Both the position numbers and the translations under genes were made by a program. Source: Eledone cirrhosa (Eukaryota). Taken from it: DNA of 64,000 nt. The stretch is taken from the NCBI GenBank assembly GCA_964016885.1, contig OZ024743.1, forward strand, positions 121,148,001 to 121,212,000, read 5' to 3'. The notes under the pieces were generated by a model. It saw nothing but the letters and a program-made list of their open reading frames with translations. It made no database searches and was not told the origin of the DNA. Positions 11,831 to 25,533 of this stretch are shown here, piece after piece (within the stretch, counting starts at the first letter, position 1; each line of letters opens with the position of its first letter).

Positions 11831-13264
11831 AACATAATTAAAAATGTGCCCTCTGTAACGCTGTTGAATATAGTTTCAGTTTTTTTGTGACGATTTTTGG
11901 TTGGCGCTTATTATCTGTTGTAATCAGGGGCACGCAGACCTGCACGATTTCCGGCAGTACTTCTATGGCATGTAATAAATCGTATACAGAGTGTATAAAA
12001 AACCATGCTGCGTTGAGGCTCTGATTCGTTTGGATGAATTGGAGTGACTATCAATACTTAACGGTCTTCAGTACAAACGTTTTCGATCTTGTTTTCATAT
12101 GCTAAATCGCAGCGAGGTAAAGCAGCATCTACTCAGTTTTCAGCTTAAATGGACACCAGTTGAACTAGTCAAGAGCGTCCCCTCTTATCGCTTACGTATG
12201 TTTCGTCTCTTGAGCGATTCCTGTGGAAGTTAGAGCGTCATCTCTATCGAAATCGGAGTTAGAAAAGACGTGGTAGTATATGCAAATATCCATACTACCA
12301 TAGTATCATGCACCACGGAAATCGAGGAGGTCAGTCCCGTAAAGAATACTTGGTGATACCAGGAGTATATATGAGCCTAAAGATGTTAGTGGGATTGCAG
12401 TGTGTTACGAGGACTTACTAAGCCCATGCCTGCCAGAGGCATTTGTTACTTAACCGAGGCTCCTTTTAAAATGCTTGGAATCTCATTTGAAGTAGACCAT
12501 TGGATTGATAGGAAATATGATATGATTACAAGTGTTATGACAATCTCACAAAGAAATAGCCTGGAAGCTATCCTTGAAATTATGGACAGGGGTGGCGAAT
12601 GCTTTCATGGATTCCAATACTGTGTGATCATCCCTGCTTCCCGGATGCCCCCACGCTTGAGCATTTATACAAAGTTTCTAAGTATGTCCAATAAAAATAT
12701 GAGAATAAACATTAGGAAATTGGATTCTGATGCGTATCCTGGGGTGTTTTCCTCCTTTTTTCAGGGCTTTTCTAGCGACTATACAAATTCCCTTTTTCCC
12801 ATAAGATTCCATGTTATATGTGAAACCCTATCTTCGTGAACTATGTGTTTCTGAATTTATTCTAATCAGAGAGCTCTCTTGGGATATTTCGGGTGGTTGA
12901 TAGCATCAATGCTCACTTCCATTGTCAATATTTTGTCATTAAAGGAACGAACAAATTTTAGTAACTCTTCGTTTCCTGTTATTATAACTATGTATGTGAG
13001 GGATCCCTATGCATGTAGTGGTGGTTGCTGGTGTTATTGTTGGTTTATACCTTCTTTTTATTGATGTTATGTTCACTGTAGCTTCATTCCCCTGTAGAGC
13101 TGTTGCTTTTGGTGTAATTGTAGCTGTTGTAAATCTTGTTGCTGGTGATGTAGCTCTTGTAGTTGTAATGATAATTATTTCGGCTTTTGGAACAAAGCCA
13201 ACAATAAGCTAGCAATCTGAAGGGGGTGGGAATGGATTATGGACAACCTATGCTAAAACTAGTA

Positions 13265-15170
13265 TTCCCGTACAAAATACCCTACCTGGATACGATGCGG
13301 TTTGTTCATGTCCACATTGGCACATTCAGGAAATCCACTCGGTCCTATCAGTCAGTTGGAAACATCTGAACAGGTTTCGAGGCCTTTTCTCCCTACTCCC
13401 CTATCGGCTCGTCCCACTCAGTCCCAGCGTACATCTAAGAACCCGTTCCAATCGCCCACTAACATTAAAGGGTGAAACGTGCCTAGGAAGGTCTCCAGTC
13501 GCATGAAGAAATCAGGCCGTCCTGCAACTATCGAGTCATAAACATTCACTAGACTGAAAGCATAGCCTTCGCTGTTGGACACGTCCAGCACCACAGAAAT
13601 CGCCTTCTGGATCCAGGAGGATAGACCGTTTAACGAGATGCAGGCCTTTCCGAAACAACACAGTGACTCCGCCTCCAGATCTCGGACGGCTTGGAGTTAC
13701 GTACACCACGTAACCGCCGAAAATTGATGTGAAGGCTTGTGCCTCGGAAATTCTGGTCTCTCTGATAGTCACCAAATCTATGTTCACTGACCTGAAGTCG
13801 TTAAGCAGGTGATCCTGCTTCCATGACAAAACCCCAAGCCACGTCAATTCACGCCGCCTATTCTGAGTAAGGTAATCTTGAAAGAAGGGTAAGAAAAGGT
13901 GGAAAAGACCACTTGCCTCAGTCTTGTGGAGGAAGGACGGTTCCTCCTGTCTTTGTATATCCTTTTGAAGAGGGTTTCACGGAAATCTCCAATGTCATAG
14001 GGGAATTTTCCTTTTAAGAAAGTATGTCTTTTGTGAGATGCGTGTTATTTGTATGTGTATGGGTGGTGTGAATTGTTAAGGTGTTGTGTAGCTTTTATCT
14101 GTGATACTGGTGTTGTGTTTGATGTAGTGCAATAATTGTTTGTTGTTCGTGTTTAAAGCTGTGTACTGTGTTGCAGTTTTATCCTTTGTTGTGGTTGCGC
14201 ATGTGGATTTGTTTCTGTTTGGCTGGTTGTTGGTGTTTGTTGTGGTAATGGTGGTGGTGTTGGGGTTGATGATGGTGATGGTGTTGGTGTTTGTGGCGAT
14301 GGGGCTGGTGATGATAGTGTGGGAGGTGGTGGTGGCGTTGATGTCTTGACCTTTTTGTTTGTTTCGCCTTCATTCTTTGAAGGTGAAGGAAGAGAGTTCT
14401 ATATTTTTTCTGTTTTTGACGGTTTCCAATCCTCCTTGTCACAATCTGTCTCCAGCTGTGCGAGATCGAGGAGTTGCATGTCCTCCGCTTGTGTTGCTAA
14501 TGGCGTGGTGGATGGTGATGGTGCTCTTGCTACCGTTGCTGCTGCTGCGTGGGGAAGGCTGGAGATGTGGCCTTGAGTTTTTTGTGCCATTTCCTGGGGG
14601 CAGACAAACCTTAGGTGTATTTTATCCCCTCACACGTGACTCTTTCGCCTTCTATCCTCGATGGCCATGGTGAGGTGGGTTCCGTTCTAGAGGTTTATGA
14701 TATTCGCGATTTGTTCGACATTTTTCTGGTGTTTGGAGTCGAGTGATCGTTTCAGTTTTTTTGTTTGTTTGCAGCTCTCGCAAAAGAAACGCATGGCCTT
14801 GCGTTCCTGTTGCTGTACTTGTTGTTATTCTTATTGTTGCTGTTGTTCTTATTGTTGTTTATGTCATTGTTGTTGTCATTTGCGTTGTCGTCCTTGTCGG
14901 CGTTACTGTATTTTTATTGTTGTATTGTAGGTGGTGTGGGTGTTATTGATATTGTTATTGATATGTTGTTGTTAATGTTCTTGTGGTTGTGTGAGTTGGT
15001 TTTAATTTTTTTTTACTTCAGTTGTTGGTGTTGTTGTTGTGGTTGTGGTGGTGGTGGTGGTTTATCAACAAGTAACAAAATAATTTTTCCACAAGTAGCA
15101 ATTCAAAACAACATAAAAACAACAAACCTTCTAGAGACGATATCAATACGTCCCTCGAAAATGAGAAATA
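13265..15170 (-). mobile_element. L1/Tx1-like LINE 5' portion (ORF1 relic plus AP endonuclease)
   Basis: EN N-terminus QDHLLNDFRSVNIDLVTIRETRI..GGGVTVLF, LVGDWN remnant near 13450, degenerate zinc knuckle (HV*GDKIHLRFVCP) near 14600-14640. The 5' end abuts (TAA)n at 15170. Confidence 0.75.
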
Positions 15171-15176
15171 AATAAC

Positions 15177-15225
<49 letters not shown>

Positions 15226-15228
<3 letters not shown>

Positions 15229-15592
15229 GATCGTGTCTGATTGTGGATGTGGCCTGCCCTTTCGACACGAGAGTGCAAGAGAAGGAGAGGGAGAAAATTA
15301 ACCGATACCAGGACCTAAAGTGGGAGGTGAAAAGGATTTGGAACAGCCATGAAGTCAAAGTGATCCCGATTGTCATAGGCGCACTGGAGACTATCTCCAA
15401 AAGTTTCCAGGGATGGTTAAAGAAAATCGGCCCCTTCACGCTTTTTGGAACGCTTCAAAAGGCATGCTTGCTGGGAACAGCAAGAACCCTCCGATACGTC
15501 CTGAATATCTGAGGCTGCAGGTAGTGGCTTGATATTCATTCCAACGGACTTTCCAGTTAACCAACATCAATGACTGAGATTCAAGGAATAAC
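15226..15592 (+). mobile_element. R4/Dong LINE 3' fragment A
   Basis: DVACPFD..KINRYQDLKWE..LRYVLNI; the 3' UTR matches intact copy F; (TAA)n on both sides. Confidence 0.95.
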
Positions 15593-15618
15593 AACAATAA
15601 TAATAATAATAATAATAA

Positions 15619-15807
15619 TTGTTTCTACTTTTGGCACAAGGCCAGCAATAACCCAGTACATTACTGGTACTTTATTTTATCGACCCCGTAAAGATGAAAG
15701 GCAAAGTTAACCTCGGCGGGATTTGAACTCAGATCATAAAGGGACGTAACTCTATGCTTCAAAGCATGGTGTCCGACCCTCTACTGATACTGCCAATCCA
15801 CCGCCCT
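15619..15807 (-). mobile_element. Full-length tRNA-derived SINE (OR-like) within (TAA)n
   Basis: Reverse complement has TGGCAGTATCAG (A box), GAGTTCAAATCC (B box) and an (ATT)n tail. Confidence 0.85.
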
Positions 15808-15828
15808 TATAATAATAATAATAATAAT

Positions 15829-16232
15829 ACTGGAACACAATAGACCTGACCTGGTGGTTTTGGACAAAGAAAAAATATCGTGCCTGATTGTGGATGTGGC
15901 CTGCCCATTCGACGCGAGAGTGCAAGAGAAGGAGAGGGAGAAAATTAACCGATACCAGGACTTAAAGTGGGAGGTAAAAAGGATTTGGAACTGCCATGAA
16001 GTGAAAGTGGTCCCGATTGTCATAGGCTCACTAGGTACTATCTCAAAAAGTTTCCAGAGATGGTTAAAGAAAATTGGCCCCTTACCGCTTTTTGGAACTG
16101 TTCTAAAGGCATGCTTGCTGGGAACAGCAAGAAGCCTCCGATATGTCCTGAATATCTGAGGCTGCAGGTAGTGGCTTGATATTCATTTCAACAAACTTAC
16201 CAGTTAACTAACATCAATGACTGAGACTCAAA
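15829..16232 (+). mobile_element. R4/Dong LINE 3' fragment B
   Basis: HNRPDLVV..DVACP..KINRYQDL; (TAA)n on both sides. Confidence 0.95.
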
Positions 16233-16256
16233 TAATAATAATAATAATAATAATAA

Positions 16257-19200
16257 GTTTTTGATTTTTAACATATTTAAATCAATTGTGAAATAGCAAT
16301 TCTTAGTACAAATGATACATAAAGCACCGGACTCAACCATCAGAAAAATTCGGATCCATAATATTCTGTTATATCGCTCAAATATTTAATTTTGTATTAT
16401 ACATTTTATATTCAAAAAAGAAAATGGTTATAAATGGTAGAAAACCCACTCTGTCTACACTATATAGAACAGCCAAATAACAGCAATTTCACCAACACCA
16501 CAAACTAGATACACCACCTATCCCATCACCCCACTCTGTGTACACTAAATACAACAGCCAGATAACGGCAATTTCACCACCACCACCACCAATTCCAGCA
16601 TAATAATAATAATAATAATTACTATTATTATTGTCTCAAGTTTTTCACAAAATGTTTTATTCCAATATTAAGATATTATGTCAACACATATATTAAACAT
16701 ACGCGACTAACCGCATAGATTCACCGATCAAACAAACAAACTACAGTCTATTCAACAAAAATCAGTAACGACAACGCCATCACTATAGTCACCGCCGCCA
16801 CCACCCCATCCATCATTGCTACCACTATCCCATCACCGCCGCCACCACTCCTTCATTGCTACCACCTCTATTCTCCCATTAGCTTCTGTTAACTTACGAA
16901 AGGGGAAGGTGGCGGTATCACTAGACAATATTAATAAACAATATTAATATTTAATTTTGGGTCAGGAATGTTAGAGTCGAAAAGGAGGAAAATGGCAAAA
17001 TGACTAAATAGCTAGCTAAATAGCAAAAGCTAAGTGAACAGAGAAGATAATTTCACCACCATCACCACCACCACTACCACGCTAAAAACTCTGGTCAAGT
17101 TGCCTCAACTTCTATTTCTACTTCAACTTCAACGCCATCACTACAGTGCTACGATCACATCACCACCACCACTGTCTCATTATCGCTACCGCCGCTATTC
17201 TCTCCCACTACCTCCTGTTAAGTACTACTAGTACAGCACCACCAGCACCAGCACCACCGCTGCCTCATTATCACTACCGCCGCTATATTCTCCCACTACC
17301 TCCCGCTAACACATGCATCGTAGTGTCCCCACTAAAAGAGGAGGGCATCCAAATATATAAATGACCGAATTGATGAGCCGGTCAAAAAATCAAAAAACCA
17401 AAAATCAAAATCAAAGCAGCACAGCAACAACGAAAAACGTAAAGAAAAGAAAAATGAAGAGAAAAACAAACAGACAGACAGAGAAGGGAAGTGAAAAACT
17501 AAGTCAGCCAGTCAAACATTACATTACAATGAAACTTATACTTATTCTTTTGGGTTTTTTTTTTTCCTGTTTGTTTATTTATGTTCGTCTACAGCGTGAT
17601 AGTGCCACACAAAAATCACCGGTAGTGATGAAATCACCGGTGTTTATGTAACCATACATTCACCAATCCTCGATAAGAGTGTTTAAATGTCGAACCTAAA
17701 CAGTTCGAATAACGGTGAACTGGAGACAAGTGACAGACTCTCACCCAGCAGGTACTCCCTGGCTCAGCAGCAGGGACCTGGCTGTCAACCAAATACTGCT
17801 GGTGTCGGAGGAAGAAGAAGAAGGAAAGGGACCAGAACCAACTGGACGAAATAATTGAATAGAATTGTTATGCAATGTTACCTGACGAGTAACCCCAAGG
17901 AGAAAGGCTATTGGAAACGGATGCATAACATCTGGAACGAGATTAGTCTATTTAAATTAGATGAACAAAAATTGGCCGGGCAGGCTCGGGTAATAAGAAC
18001 TAATGGGTGGATAAGCGAGCTGGCACTGGAGGAACTGAGCAGAGAGATTAGGTTGGAAATGGAGAGTGGAGTATGCCAGGCAAACGAACCAGTGGGAAAT
18101 GAAGGTGAAGAGGGTGAGAGAACGGAGGAACCATCCGAAGCAGACAATGATCTGAATGCTGAAATAAATAATACCTGGAACAAAGATACGGCCCTTGAGG
18201 AGATGAATGCTAACGGGCTAGGAGAAGATTTGGTTGATATCCTAAACTTAGTGGTAGATGAATTGAACAATGATAGTGGGAAACCTATGAACCTAAGATT
18301 TGTAGACAGGAAAAAGTTAAAAGAAACAACAGCTAAGGTAAACAAAGTCATCCCATACCTTGAGGCGAGGAGCCTTCACCAGTGCAACAATATCCTCAAA
18401 GCAACAGCAAATGCGGTGAGGAAATTACTTGGTACAAAAGCGAGAGGAAACAGCAAACAAGAAAGATCAGAGCCTTGGTGGAAGAAACGACTGAGTGGTC
18501 AAATCAGGGAAATGAGAACTGACATTGGAAAGCTTGAGTCATAAATGAATGGGACACTAAAAAACGTAGACACTAAAAATAGACTGGAAATAAAGTACAA
18601 AACTAGGAGGAAAAAGCTAAATATTATCAGAGAGGAACTGAAGCAACGCATTGTAGCAAAGAATGCAAAAATTAGGCGATACGAGAGCAGAGTCAGTCAG
18701 TATAGACAGAACCGCATGTTTGACAACAACTAGAAGATGCTGTTTGGACAGCTTGAAGGGAAAGAAAGAGGCAACGACTTGATCCTTGGGGCGGAACAAA
18801 CTAAAACATTCTGGAGAGGAATATGGGAGCAGGATGTTAGACATAATGACCAGGCAGTGTGGATTGAGACAGTACAGAAGGAGATTAGTGAACAGGCACA
18901 CCAACAAACTGACTTGAGTATCACAGTTGAAACTCTTAACGGGCAGGCCAAAAAACTAACCAACTGGAAATCAAAGGCCCAGATGGTGTGCAGGGGTATT
19001 GGATTAAAAATATAACATCCCTCCACCCGAAACTGACAACCATGTTCAATGACTGCTTGATGTCAGGTGAGGTACCAGAGTGGTTGACAAAAGGTACCAC
19101 AGTTCTGGTAATGAAGGACCGAATCAAGGGTAATGATGTTACCAACTATAGACCTATTACATGTCTGTCCGTAACGTGGAAACTGTTGACCATCATTATG

Positions 19201-21178
19201 TCTGAGGAAATCTACCATCACCTCCACACAAACAACTTGTTACCGGACGAACAGAAAGGATGCCGAAAGAAGTCCCGTGGTACAAAGGACCAGTTACTTA
19301 TTGATAAGATGGTAATGAGGAATTGCAAGAGGAGACACACTGGTCTTGCCATGGGATGGATAGACTACAAACAGGCATTTGACATGGTGATCATTCTTGG
19401 ATCACCAAAAGCCTAGAGATCTTCAAGGTGGCAGATAACATCAGAGAGTTGTTGGGCAAAAGTATGAAGTCCTGGGAAACTGAGTTAACATCAGCTGGAG
19501 AATCCTTGGGAGGCGTGAAGATCAAGAGAGGTATCTTCCAGGGAGATAGTCTGTCCCCTCTGTTGTTTGTCCTTGCTCTGATACCCCTGACCATTATACT
19601 GCGAAAAGTGAGAGCAGGATACAAGTTGCGAAAGGGAGAGCTTACCATCAATCATCTCCTCTTCATGGACGATCTTAAGCTCATTGGGAAGAGCGAGAAG
19701 GAGTTGGATGTGCTTGTTGACACTGTCCGTATTTTCAGCAATGATATATGTATGCAATTTGGTATTAGTAAGTGTGGAGTCCTTGTGATGAAGAGGGGTA
19801 AATTGAGCAGAAGCAACGGAATACAGGTACCAACAGGTGAGATGATAAAGGAAATTGACACTGAAGAAGGATACAAGTATTTGGTTGTTCTGGAGGCTGA
19901 TGACATCAAGAACAGAAAAATGAAGGAATTTATAAAAACTGAACACATTCGGAGAGTAAGGAGCGTATTAAAGTCACATCTGAACATTAGGAATGCCACA
20001 AGTGCAGTAAATTCCCGAGCTTTGGCTATTATTAGGTACAGTGCGGTAATTCTGAGATGGAATGTTGCTGAACAAAAAGAAATGGATAGGAAGACTAGGA
20101 AATTATTGACTATCTACAACATGTTCCACAAGAGGAGTGATGTCGATAGACTCTACTTAAGGAGAACTGAAGGTGGAAGGGGTCTTATCAGCATAGAGGA
20201 CTGTATTCAGATGGAGAAAAACAACCTACACAAATACGTGACTGATAGTAAGGAGCCAATGCTCAGAACTGTACTGAAGGAGAGGACAATAGACCAGGGG
20301 ATGTCCAGGGAGAAATAACAACAAGGAGAAAGAGCAACCTTCAGGAAAAATCCCTTCATGGTACTTCTTTGAGAAAACTGAATTCAGAGATCCACAGACA
20401 TGGAACTGGTTGAAAAGAGGAGGCCTTAAAAAGGCTACGGGTGGAATGTTAATGGCTGCGCAAGAGCAGGCCCTCAAAAAGAAGTGGTTGAAACACCATA
20501 TTTACAAGGAGGAGGCTAGCCCACTGTGCAGGATCTGTGGAGAGAGAGAGGAGACTGTGGCTCACATTGTATCCGAGTGTAAACACCTAGCCCAGACTCA
20601 CTGTAAGGGCTGGAGACATGATGTGATGGGCAGGGTGATCCACTATCACCTAGGCAAAGTAAACAATTTACCACATTCTGAGAAGTGGTATGAGCATAAC
20701 CCAGAGTCGGTGATAGAAAACGATCAGGTAAAGGTGCTGTGTGATTTTAGGATACAGACGGACAAGAAACTGGAACACAATAGACCTGTCCTGGTGGTTT
20801 AGGACAAGGAAAATAGATCGTGCCTGATTGTGGATGTGGCCTGCCCATTCGACACGAGAGTGCAAGAGAAGGAGCGGGAGAAAATTAACCGATACCAGGA
20901 CTTAAAAGTGGGAGGTAAAAAGGATTTGGAACTGCCATGAAGTCAAAGTGGTCCCGATTGTCATAGGTGCAATAGGTACTATCACAAAAAGTTTCCAGGG
21001 ATGGTTAAAGAAAATTGGCCCCGCCCCGCTTTTTGGAACACTTCAAAAGGCATGCTTGTTGGGAACAGCAAGAACACTCCGATACGTCCTGAATATCTGA
21101 GGCTGCACCTAGTGCCTTGATATTCATTTCAACAAACTTTCCAGTTAAGTAACACCAATGACTGAGACTCAAAGAACA
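16257..21178 (+). mobile_element. R4/Dong LINE copy C, apparently full length, ORF disrupted
   Basis: Collinear with the intact 1130-aa ORF ([31 protein letters not shown]) with several stops and frameshifts; long 5' leader shared with copy D. Confidence 0.93.
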
Positions 21179-21188
21179 ATAATAATAA

Positions 21189-21368
21189 TTGTTTTTACTT
21201 TTGGCACAAGGCCTGCAAATTATCCAGTACATTACTGGTACTTTATTTTATCGACCCCGTAATGATGAAAGGCAAAGTCAACCTCGGCGGGATTTGAACT
21301 CAGACCGTAAAGGGACGTAACTACGCTGGAAAGCATGGCGTCCGACTCTCTACCGATACTGCCAATTC

Positions 21369-21369
<1 letters not shown>
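21189..21369 (-). mobile_element. tRNA-derived SINE (OR-like) within (TAA)n
   Basis: Same family as 15619-15807. Confidence 0.85.
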
Positions 21370-21406
<37 letters not shown>

Positions 21407-24400
21407 GTTTTTGATTTTTACTTATTTAAAACAACTGTGATAGAATAATTCTTATTACAAATGAAATATCAGATTACAGTTTTAACTCTCAGCAAGCGAC
21501 AACGCATCACATTACGGCATAAGGCCCCAATATTTAATATTTAATTTTGGATCAGAAATGTTATAGTCGAAAAGGAGAAAGATGGCTAAGTAGACAGACA
21601 GGCAAATAATTTCACCACCAACACCACCACCGCCACCATCACCACTACCACGCCAAAAACTCTAGTCAAGTTACCTCAACTTCTATTTCTACTTCAACTT
21701 CAACACCATCACTACATCATCACCACCACTGCCTCATTATCGCTACCGCCGCTATTCTCTCCCACTACTTCCTGCTAAGTACTACTAGCACATCACCACC
21801 ACCACCACTGCCTCATTATCGCTACCGCCGCTATTCTCTCCCACTACCTGCTGCTAAGACAGGCATCGTAGTATTTCCACTAATGAGGAAGGCATCAAAA
21901 GATATAAATAGACTGATTTGATGACCCGGTCAAAAAATCAAAAGATCAAAAATCAGAATCAAAACACCACAGCAACAATGAAAAACGTAAAGAAAAAAAA
22001 AAGAAAATCAAATCAAACAGACAGACAAGCAAAAAAACTAAGTCAGACATTCAAACATTACATTACAATGAAACTTATGCTTATTTTTTTTTTTTTTTAC
22101 CTATTTATTTGTTTGTTTATTTATGTTCGTCTACAGCGTGATAGTGCCACGCTAAAATCACCGGGGGTGACCAAATCACCGGTGGTTATGTAACCATACA
22201 TTCACCAATCCTCGATAAGAGTGTTTAATGTCGAACCTAAACAGTCCGAATAACGGTGAAGTGGAGACTGGAATGTCATGTGACAGACTGTCACCCAGCA
22301 GGTGCTCTCTGGTTCAGCAGCAGGGACCTGGCTGTCAACCAAATACTACTGGTGTCGGAGGAAGAAGAAGAAGGAAAGGGACCAGAACCAACTGGACGAA
22401 AGAATTGAATAGAACTGTTAGCAATGTTGCCTGAGAGTAACCCCAATGAAAAAGGCTATAGGAAACGGATGCATAACATATGGAACGAGATTGGTCTATT
22501 TAAATTAGATGAACAAAAATTGGCCGGGCAGGCTCGGGTAATAAGAACTAATGGGTGGATAAGCAAGCTGGAACTGGAGCAACTAAGCAGAGAGATTAGG
22601 TTGGAAATGGAGGGTGGAGTATGCCAGGCAAACGAGCCAGTGGGAAATGAAGGTGAAGAGGTTGAGAGAACGGAGGAACCATCCGAAGCAAACAATGATC
22701 TGAATGCTGAAATAAATAATACCTGGAACAAAGATACCGCCTATGAGGAGATGAATGCTGACGGGCTAGGACAAGATTTGGTTGATATCCTAAACTTAGT
22801 GGTAGGTGAATTGAACAATGATAGTTGGAAAGCTATGAACCTAAGATTTGTAGACAGGTAAACGTTAAAAGAAACAACAGCTAAGGTAAACAAAGTCATC
22901 TCATACCTTGAGGCGAGGAGCCTTCGCCAGTGCAACAATATCATCAAAGCAACAGCAAATGCGGTGAGGAAATTACTTGGCATAAAAGCGAGAGGAAACA
23001 ACAAACAAAAAAGATCAGAACCTTGGTGGAAGAAACGACTGAAAGGTCAAATCAGGGAAATGAGAAATGACATTGGAAAGCTTGAGTCATAAATGAATGG
23101 GACACTAAAAAACATAGACACTAAAAATAGACTGGAAATAAAGTACAAAACTAGGAGGAAAAAGCTAAATATTATCAGAGAGGAACTGAAGCAACGCATT
23201 GTAGCAAAGAGTGCAAAAATTAGGCGATACGAGACAGTACAACAGGAGATTAGTGAACAGACACACCAACAAACTGATTTGAGTATCACAGTTGAAACTC
23301 TAAGGGGCAGGCCAACAATCTAACCAACTGGAAATCCCCAGGCCTGGCTGGTGTGCAGAGGTATTGGATTAAAAATATAACATCCCTCCACCCGAAACTG
23401 ACAACCATGTTCAATGACTGCTTGATGTCAGGTGAGGTACCAGAGTGGTTGACAAAAGGTACCACAGTTCTGGTATTGAAAGACCGAATCAAGGGTAATG
23501 ATGTTACCAACTATAGACCTATCACATGTCTGTCCGTAATGTGGAAACTGTTGACAAGCATTGTGTCTGAGGAAATCTTCCATCACCTCCACACAGACAA
23601 CTTGTTACGGACGAACAGAAAGGATACCGAAAGAAGTCCCGTGGTACAAAGGACCAGTTACTTATTGATAAGATGGTAATGAGGAATTGCAAGAGGAGAC
23701 ACACTGGTCTTGCCATGGGATGGATAGACTACAAAAAGGCATTTGACATGGTGCCTCATTCTTGGATCACCAAAAGCCTAGAGATCTTCAAGGTGGCAGA
23801 TAAAATCAGACAGTTGTTTAGTAAAAGTATGATGTCCTGGAAAACAGAGTTAACATCGGGCGGAGAATCCTTGGGAGGCGTGAGGATCAAGAGAGGTATC
23901 TTCCAGGGAGATAGTTTGTCCCCTCTGTTATTTGTCCTTGCCCTGATCCCCGTGACCATTATGCTGCGAAAAGTGAGAGCAGGATACAAGTTGGGAAAAG
24001 GAGAGCTTAACATCAATCATCTCCTCTTCATGGACGATCTTAAGGTCTTCGGGAAGAGTGAGAGGGAGTTGGATGTGCTTGTTGACACTGTCCGTATTTT
24101 TAGCAATGATATATGTATGCAATTTGGTATTAGTAAGTGTGGAGTCCTTGTGATGAAGAGGGGTAAATTGAGCAGAAGCAACGGAATCCAGGTACCAACA
24201 GGTGAGATGATAAAGGAAATTGACACTGAAAAGGGATACAAATATGTAGGTGTTCTGGAGGCTGATGACATCAAGAACAAAAAAATGAAGGAACTGATAA
24301 GATCTGAATACATTCGCAGAGTAAGGAGCGTACTAAAGTCACATCTGAACAGTAGGAATGCCATAAGTGCAGTAAATTCCCGAGCTGTGTCTATTATTAG

Positions 24401-25517
24401 GTGCAGTACAGAAATTCTGATGGAATGGTGCTGAACAAAAAGAAATGGATAGGAAGACTAGAAAGCTATTGACTATCTACAACATATTCCACAAAAGGAG
24501 TGATATCGATAGACTCTACTTAAGGAGATCTGAAGGTGGAAGGGGTCTTATCAGCATAGAGGACTGTATTCAGATGGAGAAAAACAACCTACACAAAAAC
24601 GTGACTGAGAGTAGGGAACCAATGCTCAGAATTGTACTGAAGGAGAGGACAATAGACCAGGGGATGTCCAAGGAGGAAATAACAACGAGAAGACAGAGCA
24701 ACCTTCATGAAAAATCCCTTCATAGTGCCTTCTTTGAGAAAACTGAATTTAGAGATCCACAGACATGGAACTGGTTGAAAAGAGGAGACCTTAAAAAGGC
24801 TACAGAAAGAATGCTAATGGCTGCGCAAGAGCAGGCCCTCATAACGAAGTGGCTGAAACACCATATTTACAAGGAGGAGGCTAGCCCACTGTGCAGGATC
24901 TGTGGAGAGAGAGAGGAGACTGGGGCTCACATTGTATCCGCGTGTAAACACCTAGCCTAGACTAACTATAAAGGCTGGAGACATGATGTGATGGGCAGGG
25001 TGGTCTACTGACACCTATGCAAAGTAAACAATTTACTACATTCTACGAAATGGTTTGAGCATAAGCCTGAGTCGGTGGTGGAAACGATCAGGGGATTTTA
25101 GGATACAGACGGGCAATAAACTGGAACACAATAGACCTGACCTGGTGGTTTTGGATAAGGGATAAAGATCGTGCCTGATTGTGGATGTAGCCTGCCCATT
25201 CGACACGAGAGTGCAAGAGAAGGAGAGGGAGAAAATTAACCGATACCAGGACATAAAGTGGGAGGTAAAGAGGATTTGGAACTGCCATGAAGTCAAAGTG
25301 GTCCCGATTGACATAGGCGCACTAGGTGCTATCTCAAAGAGTTTCCAGGGATGGTTAAAGAAAATTGGTCCCGCCCCGCTTTTTGTAACACTTCAAAAGG
25401 CATGCATGCTGGGAACAGCAAGAAACCTCCGATACGTCCTGAATATCTGAGGCTGCAGGTAGTGGCTTGATATTCATTTCAACAAACTTTCCAGTTAAAT
25501 AACATCATCTCAAAGAA
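21407..25517 (+). mobile_element. R4/Dong LINE copy D, ORF disrupted, with 183-nt internal deletion
   Basis: Collinear with copies C and F; deletion at ~23233 between GAGA microhomologies; (TAA)n on both sides. Confidence 0.93.
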
Positions 25518-25533
25518 CAATAATAATAATAAT

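Noticed and set aside
12402-13212. ORFs of 61-145 aa
   Set aside because: No recognisable motifs; probably decayed TE sequence that I cannot classify.
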